DNA from: Sumerlaeia bacterium
GTDB taxonomy: Bacteria > Sumerlaeota > Sumerlaeia > SLMS01 > JAHLLQ01
Assembly (NCBI GenBank): GCA_040219255.1
Contig: JAVJSW010000037.1
Coordinates: 96,001 to 160,000, forward strand
Direction: 5' to 3'
DNA: 64,000 nucleotides
Under the pieces are notes generated by a model. It saw only the letters and a list, made by a program, of their open reading frames with translations, searched no databases and was not told the origin of the DNA. A program made the position numbers and the translations under genes. Below, in pieces: positions 29,125 through 37,872 of this stretch (position 1 is its first letter; every line of letters starts with the position of its first letter).

Positions 29125-30261
29125 ATGACCGCCGAAAAACCGCTTCGCATCTTTCACATCAACATGCACCACAAGTGGGGCGGCCAGCCGAACCGCATCC
29201 TGACCACCGCCTTGGGCCTGCGAGCGCGCGGCCACCACGTCTGCGTGTCCGGCCCGAAGGGCGCCATGCTGGTCGAGCGCGCCGGCGCACAGGGACTTGC
29301 CGCCTTCGACGATCTGGAGCTTCACCGTGGATTCCGCCCCGCCAGCATGTGGCGCGACATCAAGGCTCTGGAAGCGCACTTTCGCGCCGAGAAGTACGAT
29401 GTGATCGACACCCACGGCAGCCAGGACACTTGGGCCAGCGCGTTCGCACTGCGGCGCCTCGCGGCGGGCGAACGGCCCGCCTTCGTCCGCACCCGGCACA
29501 ACATCTTCCCCGTGGCGAAGCATCCGCTCAATCGCTGGCTCTACCGTCAGATCGACCACGTCGTGACGATCAGCCCCCAGGTCATCCCGCTGATGGAAGG
29601 CCTGCTCCCGGCCGAGGCCTTCACCGCCATCTACAGCGCCCCGGACCCGAAGCGCTTCGACGTGGGCGATTGCCGCGCGGCGGTGCGGGAGGAATTGGAC
29701 GTCGCCGCGGACGCGGAAATCGTGGGGGTTGTGGCTCGCCTGGCGCCGGAGAAAGGCCACCGGGTGCTGCTGGACGCGGCGCCGGCGATCTTGGAGGCGC
29801 GGCCTCAGGTGCGCTTCATTTTCGTTGGCACGGGCCGCAGCCGCCCCGCCATCGAGGAGCAGGCCGCCGCCCTGGGCATCGCGGACCGGGTGATTCTGAC
29901 GGGCTTTCGCGAGGACGTGCCTCGGCTCCTCCAGGCCTTCGATCTATTCGTCCTGCCGCCGATCAGCGGCGAGTCGCTGGGCACGTCGATTCTGGAGGCG
30001 TTCCTGATGGAGCGGCCGGTCGTCGCGACGGATGTGGGCGGCGTGCGCGAATCGGTGCGCGACGGCGAGACGGGGCGGCTCGTCCCGGCGGAGAACCCGG
30101 CGGCGCTGGCGGAGGCGATCCTGGACCAGCTCTCGCACCCCAATCGCGCCAAGGACTGGGCGCGGGCGGGAAAGGCCCTGGTGGAAGCGGAGTTCACCCC
30201 GGAAATGATCGGCCGCAAGACCGAGGACGTGTACCGCCGGGTTCTGGCGGCGCGGAGGTGA
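29125..30261 (+). CDS. Glycosyltransferase family 4
   Basis: WGGQ, RTRH, ARLAPEKGH, GFREDV, ESLGTSILEA, VATDVGGV. Confidence 0.92.
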   Translation: MTAEKPLRIFHINMHHKWGGQPNRILTTALGLRARGHHVCVSGPKGAMLVERAGAQGLAAFDDLELHRGFRPASMWRDIKALEAHFRAEKYDVIDTHGSQDTWASAFALRRLAAGERPAFVRTRHNIFPVAKHPLNRWLYRQIDHVVTISPQVIPLMEGLLPAEAFTAIYSAPDPKRFDVGDCRAAVREELDVAADAEIVGVVARLAPEKGHRVLLDAAPAILEARPQVRFIFVGTGRSRPAIEEQAAALGIADRVILTGFREDVPRLLQAFDLFVLPPISGESLGTSILEAFLMERPVVATDVGGVRESVRDGETGRLVPAENPAALAEAILDQLSHPNRAKDWARAGKALVEAEFTPEMIGRKTEDVYRRVLAARR

Positions 30262-30280
30262 GGGGGAGAAGAGGAATTCG

Positions 30281-30338
30281 AAACCGCGAGATGGACGCTG
30301 AGGGACGCGGAAGCGTTCGTAGTCGCGCCTTCAGGCGG
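30281..30338. repeat. REP-like elements between convergent genes
   Basis: ACCGCGAGATGGACGCTGAGGGACGCGGA periodic unit, plus a GTAG-initiated GTAGTCGCGCCTTCAGGCG hairpin. Confidence 0.4.
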
Positions 30339-30383
30339 AAAAGGTCCGAAGATAGAGAGCTTGATCCGCGGGACGAATGCGCT

Positions 30384-31511
30384 TCACGGCGTCATCTCCG
30401 CCGCGATCTTATCCCACGCTTCGCCGTTCAACTCCTCGCTTGTGCCCCAGACCAGGGTGCCGTCGGGGGCGTACCGCATTTGGGCGCCGAGCGTGGCGGC
30501 GATGGTTTCCACCACTTGCGAGCCTTTGCTGCCCGGCTTGAAGATCGAGAGGCGCTGGCCCGCGATTCCCGGCAGGACGCGCACGGGGAGGCCGAGTTGC
30601 TTGAATGTGACTTTCAGAACCTGCTCGGCCGGTGCGTGATTGAAGACGAGCTTGACCTCGCGGTCTTGCGCATCCCGGGGCATTCCGGCAATCCAGAAAT
30701 CGCTGTCGCCGATGGCCACCCGGGCGTCGGGGTGCTCGGTGCCGACGGATAAAACCCGGACTTCGATCCCCTCCGTCCCTGGCAGTTCGAGAGAGACGCT
30801 CTCTCCCTCGCGGAGCACGCGGTTGTCGTTTTCGCCCACTTGAACGGCCACGGCCTCTTGATCCGCGAGGCGCTGGAAAGCGCCGGCTCCGAGCAGGAAG
30901 CGGAAGGCGTCTTCGCCCGAACCCGTCTCGATCTTGTCCGGGGGATACAGGAAGTAGGCGCCATCGGGGCGGCGGGCGACTTCGACGCGGGTTTGCTCGC
31001 TTTCCTCGATGCTGCGCCGGATCGCATCGAGCGCCTTGGTGAGGGGGCTGTCGGGTTCGTAAACAGAAACCCTCGCATCCGCGAGCGAAGGATGAAGTTC
31101 GATCGGCGTTTCCGCCTGATTCTTCATGACTTGCAGAACGATGGGCACGCGAGCGTCGCTGAAGATCGCTTTGACGCGGGGTTCTTCGCCAGGGCCTGGC
31201 CAAGGCGGAATCGGGCCGTGGTCGAAGCTGCGGAAGCTGGCATCGGGAATGTCCGGCGTCGGCTCCTGCCGTTGCTCCGTGTCCGCCGAGTGGCCGTCAA
31301 GTTCCCGTTCCGCTTTGCGGCGCTCGATTTCAGCGCGTACTCGCTCCCGGTGCTTACCGATCCTTTCCTCCCGAACTACGTTGGTCTCTTGCGGGTCAAC
31401 TTGGGGAGCAGATGATTCGGTGGCCGGGGCTTCGGAGGCCATGCCCTCACTCGCCAAAACAGTCACAGCAAGCACCCCCATCAGCAGGGTGGCACGAAGA
31501 AAGAAACGCAT
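30384..31511 (-). CDS. Exported hypothetical protein with two STN/secretin-N-like domains
   Basis: Signal peptide; two similar segments, VKAIFSDARVPIVLQVM...RVSV and VKLVFNHAPAEQVLKVT...RLSI. Confidence 0.6.
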   Translation of the reverse strand: MRFFLRATLLMGVLAVTVLASEGMASEAPATESSAPQVDPQETNVVREERIGKHRERVRAEIERRKAERELDGHSADTEQRQEPTPDIPDASFRSFDHGPIPPWPGPGEEPRVKAIFSDARVPIVLQVMKNQAETPIELHPSLADARVSVYEPDSPLTKALDAIRRSIEESEQTRVEVARRPDGAYFLYPPDKIETGSGEDAFRFLLGAGAFQRLADQEAVAVQVGENDNRVLREGESVSLELPGTEGIEVRVLSVGTEHPDARVAIGDSDFWIAGMPRDAQDREVKLVFNHAPAEQVLKVTFKQLGLPVRVLPGIAGQRLSIFKPGSKGSQVVETIAATLGAQMRYAPDGTLVWGTSEELNGEAWDKIAAEMTP

Positions 31512-31596
31512 GGCTTGCACCTTTGGTCTGTTGAGTTGCAGATGCTGCTGAGCACAATACCGGCCGCCGCTTTGCCGCAACCTGGAATCGCTCCAA

Positions 31597-32226
31597 ATGC
31601 TTGATCGCCTCCATTCCATCGCCATCACGAATCGCCACCTCTGTGGCGGGATGGAGCCGATGCTGGTCCGCGCGGAAGCCATCGCAGGGGCAGGCGTGGG
31701 GGCGATCATGCTGCGCGAGAAGGACCTGACGCCGCGCGAGTTGTTCGCGGTTGCGCGGTCCCTGGCCGTGATTTGCCAAAAAGGGGGGACGATGCTGATC
31801 GTCAACGGGTCGGTGGAAGTCGCGCTCGCCGCCGGGGTCGAAGGGGTGCAATTGGGCTTTGACGCTTTGCCAGCGGACGCCGCGCGGCGCGTCGCGGGGG
31901 GCAGGCTCCTGATCGGCGTTTCGGCCCACAGCCTCGTGGACGTCCAGCAAGCCCACGCCGGCGGCGCCGATTACGCGACGATTTCGCCGGTCTTTCCGCC
32001 CAGTTCGAAGGCCGCCTCGGGGCCCGCGATGGGCGTCGAAAGGCTGCACGCCATCGCCCGCGAGAGCCCCCTGCCGCTGGTGGCCCTCGGCGGGATTGAG
32101 GCCGCCAACGCCCGCGCCTGCATTGAGGCTGGAGCCTGTGGCGTCGCGGCGATCGGTGCGTATTGGTCCGCCGCCGATCCCGCCGCCGCCGCCCGCGCGA
32201 TGGTAGAGGCGGTGCGCCGTGGCTGA
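31597..32226 (+). CDS. thiE: Thiamine-phosphate synthase (ThiE/TenI family)
   Basis: MLREKDL, LIVN, GVSAHS, GADY, SPVFPPSSK, VALGGI; could be a TenI-like paralog. Confidence 0.8.
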   Translation: MLDRLHSIAITNRHLCGGMEPMLVRAEAIAGAGVGAIMLREKDLTPRELFAVARSLAVICQKGGTMLIVNGSVEVALAAGVEGVQLGFDALPADAARRVAGGRLLIGVSAHSLVDVQQAHAGGADYATISPVFPPSSKAASGPAMGVERLHAIARESPLPLVALGGIEAANARACIEAGACGVAAIGAYWSAADPAAAARAMVEAVRRG

Positions 32227-33016
32227 CCTACCCGCCGGCACCACGCCGCTTGGACGCCTGACCCGGTCGATGCTGTTCTCCCGCATCCGCGAGTCCCCGC
32301 CGGTCTTCGTCTGCCAGGAGCACCGCGCCGTCCTCCTCGCCGCCTGGGCCGCCGAGCGCCAGGGGCTCTTCGGCGAGGGCGCGGCGCCCTTCCTGGTGCG
32401 CCTCGACGCCCATCCCGACATGGGCGAGCGCCCGCGACATTGGGCCCACGAGCGCTCCCTCGCGACGACCTTCGAATCGACCTTCGAACTGATCGAGCAG
32501 CAACGCCCGGACGACGGCGGCTGGGTCGTCACGGCGATGCAGTGGGGCCTGTGCGCGGGCGTGGCGACGTTCTTCGTGCACGATTACCACCGCATGCCGC
32601 TCGACAACGCGCCCTACGACGACCACCTCGGCGCGGCGCATCCGCTGTGGACGTTCGGGTCCTTTCGCGAGGCCCTCGATCGGGGGTTCGCCAGGGGCCG
32701 TGGGCGGCGGCTGGCGTGGGAGCTGGGGCTCGATCCGGAGACGGGCGCGTTTGCCGGGCAGGGGCCGCCGCTCTGGGTCGATATCGATTTGGATTTCGCG
32801 ACGCACCGCCGGGACGACGGCTCGCCTTTGGCCTGGACGGCGGAGGATTGGGAACGGGAGTTGGGCGGCGCGGTGGGAGCACTGCTGGATGGGCTGCTGC
32901 GGCGGGCGCGGCTGGTGACCATCGCCACGGAGCCGGAGTTCTGCGGCGGGATGGCGGGATGCGGCGCGGTGGCGCGGGAGCTGGGGCGGCGGTTTGAGGT
33001 GGTGGGGGCGATTTGA
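32219..33016 (+). CDS. UPF0489-like (arginase/deacetylase-fold) protein
   Basis: QEH, LDAHPD, VDIDLDF, TIATEPEFCGG motifs. Confidence 0.65.
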   Translation: MADLPAGTTPLGRLTRSMLFSRIRESPPVFVCQEHRAVLLAAWAAERQGLFGEGAAPFLVRLDAHPDMGERPRHWAHERSLATTFESTFELIEQQRPDDGGWVVTAMQWGLCAGVATFFVHDYHRMPLDNAPYDDHLGAAHPLWTFGSFREALDRGFARGRGRRLAWELGLDPETGAFAGQGPPLWVDIDLDFATHRRDDGSPLAWTAEDWERELGGAVGALLDGLLRRARLVTIATEPEFCGGMAGCGAVARELGRRFEVVGAI

Positions 33017-33020
33017 TTCT

Positions 33021-33224
33021 AGCAGCAGATGACGCAGATGAAAATAGATGGGGTGGATGGCGGGAGAGGAGGGGCTTCGATCAGAGAAAAGGAAATTTAT
33101 TAAAAAATACTTTTCGAGGCACACCGTTGAACCTCAATTAATTATTATTTAATCATCAGATTCAGCAACCACACTCCACCGCCCGCCACCTCAAATCTGT
33201 GCCTATCCGTGTTCATCCGTGGCT
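33021..33224. repeat. MITE/REPIN-like element with imperfect periodic inverted ends and an AT-rich core
   Basis: Left AGCAGAT-GACGCAGAT-GAAAATAGAT; right ATCTGTGCCT-ATCCGTGTTC-ATCCGTGG. Confidence 0.55.
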
Positions 33225-33621
33225 AAAAATTGGAGTCCCCACCACTGCGTCTCCGCTCCTCGACAGCTTCCGCCAGTTCCTCCACGCTCACCACTCGGAA
33301 TTCGAGGTCTTCCGCCGTGGGGATTTCTTCCGCCGCGGCGCCCGTCAGGTTACGCAGCCGCACGGCGTCGCGCCGCGTGGCCCAGCGGAAACCCTTCTCG
33401 CGCAGCACCTGCAAGTCCCGCGCGCCCCGCCACCACCACAGCCCCGCCATCACCGCCACCGCCAGCAGCACCACCGGCGCCTCGCCGCTGCTCAGGTTCA
33501 GCACGTCGAACACACCGCCGATCATCAGCCCCAGCAGCACGAACGCCACCACGGCGCCCGCCAGCACAACGCCGACGCCGACAAACAGGTTCGGGGGTTT
33601 GGGGTGATCGGGTGGGGGCAT
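33223..33621 (-). CDS. Small membrane hypothetical protein (2 TM)
   Basis: ATG at 33621; two hydrophobic helices; fills the gap divergent from the flippase. Confidence 0.55.
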   Translation of the reverse strand: MPPPDHPKPPNLFVGVGVVLAGAVVAFVLLGLMIGGVFDVLNLSSGEAPVVLLAVAVMAGLWWWRGARDLQVLREKGFRWATRRDAVRLRNLTGAAAEEIPTAEDLEFRVVSVEELAEAVEERRRSGGDSNF

Positions 33622-33708
33622 CAGTCCGTCGCTTTCCCAGGAATTGCAAATCTCGTCTACGTCTCGCGCCTTGACATCGTACGCCCTCCCGGCGGCTTGC
33701 TCGCAAGC

Positions 33709-35151
33709 ATGAGCCTGTCCGCCTCCGACGCCGTTGTCACGCCCGATCCCGCCGCGAACCTTCGCGCTAAAGCGGTTCGTGGGCTCAAGGCGGCTTCGCT
33801 GGGCCAGGCGGGCAAGACCATTGTGGACATGCTGGCCCAGTTGGCGCTCATCCGCCTTCTGGCGCCCGAGCACTTCGGCGTGTTCGCCTTCGCCCAGGCC
33901 CTCACCGGCTTCATCAGTTGCTTTACCGATGTCGCCGGGACGAAATTCATCGTCCGCGAGGGCGACCGCCTCGACCGGCGCGGTGTCTCCACGGTGTTTT
34001 GGATCGAGCTGGGCCTGGGCCTCGTGGTCGGCGCGGTGTGGCTGGCGGCCTGCATTCCGCTGCTGGCGGCCTTTGGCAAACCCGAACAAGTGCCCTTCGC
34101 CCAGGTCCTCGCGCTCTGGATCATCGCCGAGCGGGTCATTCTGCCCCGTGCGCTGCTCGATCGCGGGCTGCAGTTCGGCAAGACCAACCTCGCGCTCTTC
34201 GTCGGTGTCGTCGTGGGAGCCATCGCCGCCATCACCGCGGCGGCGTTCGGCGCCGGGCCCTGGAGCTTTATCGTCAATCTGCTGGTGCGCACCTTCGTGG
34301 CGGCGGCGGGCATGTGGATCATCACGCGGTGGCATCCTCTCGGGGCCATTGACTGGGGCACGGTGCGGGCGCTCTTTCGCTTTGGCGGGCCGCTGATGCT
34401 GACCACGGCGCTGACCTTTGCCTATACCAACCTCGACTACATCATCGTCGGCCAGGTGGCGGGGTATTCCGCCGTCGGGTTTTACTACGCCGCGTACCGC
34501 TATCCGCACTATCTGCACCAATTCAACATCATCATCGCGTCGGTTCTCTTCCCCAGCTTCGCCCGCGCCAAGGATGACGCCCAGCTCGCGCGCGGTCTGC
34601 GGCTCGTGACGCGATACGCGTCGGTGCTGGCGATGGCGCCGGTGCTGGCGATGTGGACCGAGGGCGAGACCATTCTGCGGCTGCTCCTGGGTGAGAAATG
34701 GCTCCCGGCGCTTTTCCCGTTCCAGTGCTTCACCACCCTGGCGGCGGCGCGGCTCGCCTTTATCCACTGGGGCCAGGTCTATGTCGCCAAAGGCCACACC
34801 CACACCCTGATGTGGGTCAGCGTGATCAACACCCCTCTCATCCTCGGAGCCGCCTGGGCCGGCGTCACCTGGTGGGGCATCGAAGGCGCCGCCCTCGGCG
34901 TGACCCTCGTGGGCGTGGTGACGTTGGCGATTTGCTGCGGGGTCCTGGTGCCGAGGGTCCTGCCCGGCTTCCGCTACGGCGAAGCCCTGCGCCCAGTGCT
35001 CCTGGCGGGGGCGGGGGCGCTGGCGGTGTGGCTGCTGGGCGAGTGGATTTGGGCCGAAGGGTGGCTGGGGTTTGTGGGGGCGGTGGGGGTGTATATCGCG
35101 ATTCTCGTTTTGACTTGCAGAGCGGAATTTGCTTCAGTGATACGAAAGTAG
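33709..35151 (+). CDS. Wzx-like oligosaccharide flippase
   Basis: RLLAPEHFG, multiple TM helices, NLDYIIVG, VGFY, LFPSF, LLLGEKW, WWGIEGAA. Confidence 0.88.
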   Translation: MSLSASDAVVTPDPAANLRAKAVRGLKAASLGQAGKTIVDMLAQLALIRLLAPEHFGVFAFAQALTGFISCFTDVAGTKFIVREGDRLDRRGVSTVFWIELGLGLVVGAVWLAACIPLLAAFGKPEQVPFAQVLALWIIAERVILPRALLDRGLQFGKTNLALFVGVVVGAIAAITAAAFGAGPWSFIVNLLVRTFVAAAGMWIITRWHPLGAIDWGTVRALFRFGGPLMLTTALTFAYTNLDYIIVGQVAGYSAVGFYYAAYRYPHYLHQFNIIIASVLFPSFARAKDDAQLARGLRLVTRYASVLAMAPVLAMWTEGETILRLLLGEKWLPALFPFQCFTTLAAARLAFIHWGQVYVAKGHTHTLMWVSVINTPLILGAAWAGVTWWGIEGAALGVTLVGVVTLAICCGVLVPRVLPGFRYGEALRPVLLAGAGALAVWLLGEWIWAEGWLGFVGAVGVYIAILVLTCRAEFASVIRK

Positions 35152-35184
35152 GCATTCAGAGCGGGTTCTTGAAAGGCGAATAAC

Positions 35185-35700
35185 ATGGTTGGCTTTTGGG
35201 ATGATAGTGGCGTCTGGACCGTAGAAGTTCAGCTGCCAACCTGGAGAGGATTTCAAGGTTTTGAGTGTGGTAGCATGGAATTTCACTTGATGTGGGATGG
35301 CCGTGAAGAAATCCCTCCTCAGCCGTACGAAATTGAGCAGGCCGAATGGATCATCAAGCACGAAAGGGAATTGCATGACGCGTTTGTGAACTATATGTTC
35401 AAAGAGTATCCGGCCATTCGACACGATGTGCAGGAAACAACCGACATCAGTCAGGAGGAAATGGATCGAGTTTTGCCTCTAATTGATAGCATTACTGAAC
35501 TTAAAGCTCTTATATTGCCGTGTCATTTTACCATTTGTGCCATTGAGGGCGAGAGCGTTCCCATGATTGGAATTGGCGGCGACTGCACTTGGGAGATGGA
35601 GCATGGATTTGGAGTCATCATGAAAGGCTTAGAGCCACTAAAATATGGGCACGAGGATATTTCGTTTACTTGGTATGATTTTGAAGATTTCATGAAGTAG
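35185..35700 (+). CDS. AT-rich acidic hypothetical protein (DUF6985-like)
   Basis: IGIGGDCTWEMEHGFGV motif; composition atypical for the window. Confidence 0.6.
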   Translation: MVGFWDDSGVWTVEVQLPTWRGFQGFECGSMEFHLMWDGREEIPPQPYEIEQAEWIIKHERELHDAFVNYMFKEYPAIRHDVQETTDISQEEMDRVLPLIDSITELKALILPCHFTICAIEGESVPMIGIGGDCTWEMEHGFGVIMKGLEPLKYGHEDISFTWYDFEDFMK

Positions 35701-35749
35701 AGAGGGGGTCCTGCGATTTCAATGACAACAGTGCACCCGTACTTTATCT

Positions 35750-35801
35750 CCACGGATAAGGTCTCAGATATTATCCAATCCCCATCCGTGTAAATCCGTG
35801 G
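35750..35801. repeat. REP-like inverted repeat (CCACGGAT...ATCCGTGTAA-ATCCGTGG)
   Basis: Perfect 8-bp inverted ends; same unit as 33205-33222. Confidence 0.6.
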
Positions 35802-35809
35802 CCAACACC

Positions 35810-37654
35810 TCACTCCACCGTCACACTTTTCGCCAGATTCCGCGGCTTATCCACCTCCAGGCCCTTCATATCCGCGACGTAGTACGCCAGAAGTTGCAGC
35901 GGCACCACCGTCAGCAGAGGCATCACCGGCGCCATCACTTGCGGCACGGTGATGACGTGGTCGGCGATGGTGTCGAGTTCCGTGTTGCCTTCCGTGGTGA
36001 CGGCGATCACGTGGCCTTTGCGGGCTTTGATCTGTTGGATGTTGTTCATCACCTTGTCATAGATGCGGTCGCGGGGGGCGATCACGACGACGGGCATTTC
36101 TTCGTCGATGAGGGCGATGGGGCCGTGTTTCATTTCCGCGGCGGGGTAGCCCTCGGCGTGGATATAGCTGATTTCCTTCATCTTGAGGGCGCCTTCGAGC
36201 GCTACCGGGAAGTTGAACCCGCGCCCCAGGTACAGGAAGTTGCGCGTGGATCGCGCCACCACATCGCGCGCGATGGTCTGGATTTGTTCGAGGCGCTCTT
36301 TCGCCAGCATCTGGTCGATCAGGCGGGGCACGGCCTGCATGGCGTCGATCAGGTCCTCGGCCATGAAGCTCGACATGTCGCGGGCGCGACCGATGTGGAT
36401 CGTCAGCAGCATCAGCGCCACCACCTGGGCCGTGAAGGCCTTGGTGCTGGCGACGCCGATTTCGATGCCGGCGTGGGTGTAGAGGCCGCTGTGGACTTCG
36501 CGGGCGATGGTGGAATTGACCACGTTACAGATGCCGAAGGTCCGGGCGCCCTTGCGCTTCAGCTCACGCAGCGCCGCGAGCGTGTCCGCCGTCTCGCCCG
36601 ACTGGCTGATGAAAATCGCCAAGTCGTCGCCGGGGCGCACGATGGGGTTGCGATAGCGCAGTTCGCTCGCGTACTCGACCTCGACGGGGATGCGCAGCAG
36701 GTCCTCAATGATGTACTTGCCGATCAGGCTGGCGTGCCAGGATGTGCCGCAGGCCACGATGATGATGCGCTTGAGGCTGCGCATTTCGTCGACGGTCAGG
36801 CGAGCGCCGCCCAGGTGGACGTCGTTGCCTTCCGGCCGGATGCGGCCGCGCATGGTCATGCTCAGCGCCTGGGGCTGGTCGAAGATTTCCTTGAGCATAT
36901 AGTGCGGGAAATCGCCCAGTTCGATGCTCTCCAGCTTTTGATCGAGCGCCTCGACTTTGGGCGAAATCGGCGTCTTGTCCAGCGTGTACACGCGGTAACC
37001 ATCGCGGCGGGCGCAGACCACCTCGCCGTCGTTCATGTACATGACCTGATTGGTGCGGCCGATGATGGCGGGGGTGTCGCTGGCGAAGACGGTGAAGCCA
37101 TCGCCGATGCCCATGACGAGCGGCGATCCCATGCGCGCGGCGACGATGGTGTCGGGTTCGCGGCTGCTGACGACGAGAATGCCGAAGGTGCCGCGTAACT
37201 CTTTGGCGGCCAGACGAACGGCCTCCGTCAGGTCGTCCTCGTAAAGCTTCGAAATCAGGTGGGCGATGACTTCCGTGTCGGTTTCGCTGCGGAACTCGAC
37301 GCCCTCGCTCTCCAGAACGGCGCGCAAGATCTCGTAATTCTCGACGATGCCGTTGTGGATCACGGCGATTTCGTTGCTGCCGTCCAGGTGGGGGTGGGCG
37401 TTCTTCACCGTGACTCCGCCATTGGTGGCCCAGCGCGTGTGGGCGATGCCGACGGAGCCCCGGCGTGGCATGGATTCGCAGGATTCGACCTCCAGGTTAT
37501 GGACTTCGCCGACGGCTTTGCAGCTGCTCAGTTGGTGATCGTGCACGATGGCCATGCCGGCGCTGTCGTAGCCCCGGTATTCGAGCCGCTTAAGCCCAGA
37601 GATGAGAAAGTTCCAGGTATCTTCGATGCCGATGCATCCCACAATTCCGCACAT
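35810..37654 (-). CDS. glmS: Glutamine--fructose-6-phosphate aminotransferase
   Basis: MCGIVG, LEYRGYDSAG, HTRWAT, SQSGETADT, EGALKMKEISY, PRNLAKSVTVE. Confidence 0.98.
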   Translation of the reverse strand: MCGIVGCIGIEDTWNFLISGLKRLEYRGYDSAGMAIVHDHQLSSCKAVGEVHNLEVESCESMPRRGSVGIAHTRWATNGGVTVKNAHPHLDGSNEIAVIHNGIVENYEILRAVLESEGVEFRSETDTEVIAHLISKLYEDDLTEAVRLAAKELRGTFGILVVSSREPDTIVAARMGSPLVMGIGDGFTVFASDTPAIIGRTNQVMYMNDGEVVCARRDGYRVYTLDKTPISPKVEALDQKLESIELGDFPHYMLKEIFDQPQALSMTMRGRIRPEGNDVHLGGARLTVDEMRSLKRIIIVACGTSWHASLIGKYIIEDLLRIPVEVEYASELRYRNPIVRPGDDLAIFISQSGETADTLAALRELKRKGARTFGICNVVNSTIAREVHSGLYTHAGIEIGVASTKAFTAQVVALMLLTIHIGRARDMSSFMAEDLIDAMQAVPRLIDQMLAKERLEQIQTIARDVVARSTRNFLYLGRGFNFPVALEGALKMKEISYIHAEGYPAAEMKHGPIALIDEEMPVVVIAPRDRIYDKVMNNIQQIKARKGHVIAVTTEGNTELDTIADHVITVPQVMAPVMPLLTVVPLQLLAYYVADMKGLEVDKPRNLAKSVTVE

Positions 37655-37872
37655 ATTCCGCCACGTCCTCTTGCGATAGCTGGCGGTCCGAAGACCGCCG
37701 CGTTTCCACGTTGGCGGTAAGTGGAACCCGGACGGGGCCGCATTGGCAAGATGATCGAAAAAGTGAGAATGGTTGCGGTCCGGCGGGGGAGAGGAAGCGC
37801 TTGATTGAAATCGGTTGCGTCACGATGGATTTTTGAGGTCGTCTATTTAGCATTTCATCAAAGGAAAATACC

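Noticed and set aside
31512-31600. TPP riboswitch before thiE (GCTGAG...ATACC...AACCTG fragments)
   Set aside because: The fragments lack the P1/P2 pairing and the GATCxGGxTAATxCCxGCG core, and the gap is only 85 bp between divergent genes. cmsearch with RF00059 would settle it.
33199-33708. N-terminal extension of the flippase ORF
   Set aside because: It is antisense to a plausible small membrane gene; flippase similarity starts near ATG 33709.
35700-35810. Tn7 insertion at attTn7 downstream of glmS
   Set aside because: No Tn7-like ends, target duplication or tns genes were seen.
37655-37872. glmS ribozyme upstream of glmS
   Set aside because: Only a GGCGGTC-TTCG-GACCGCC hairpin (37682-37699) and a small second stem are present; the AGCGCC...GACGAGG core is not visible.
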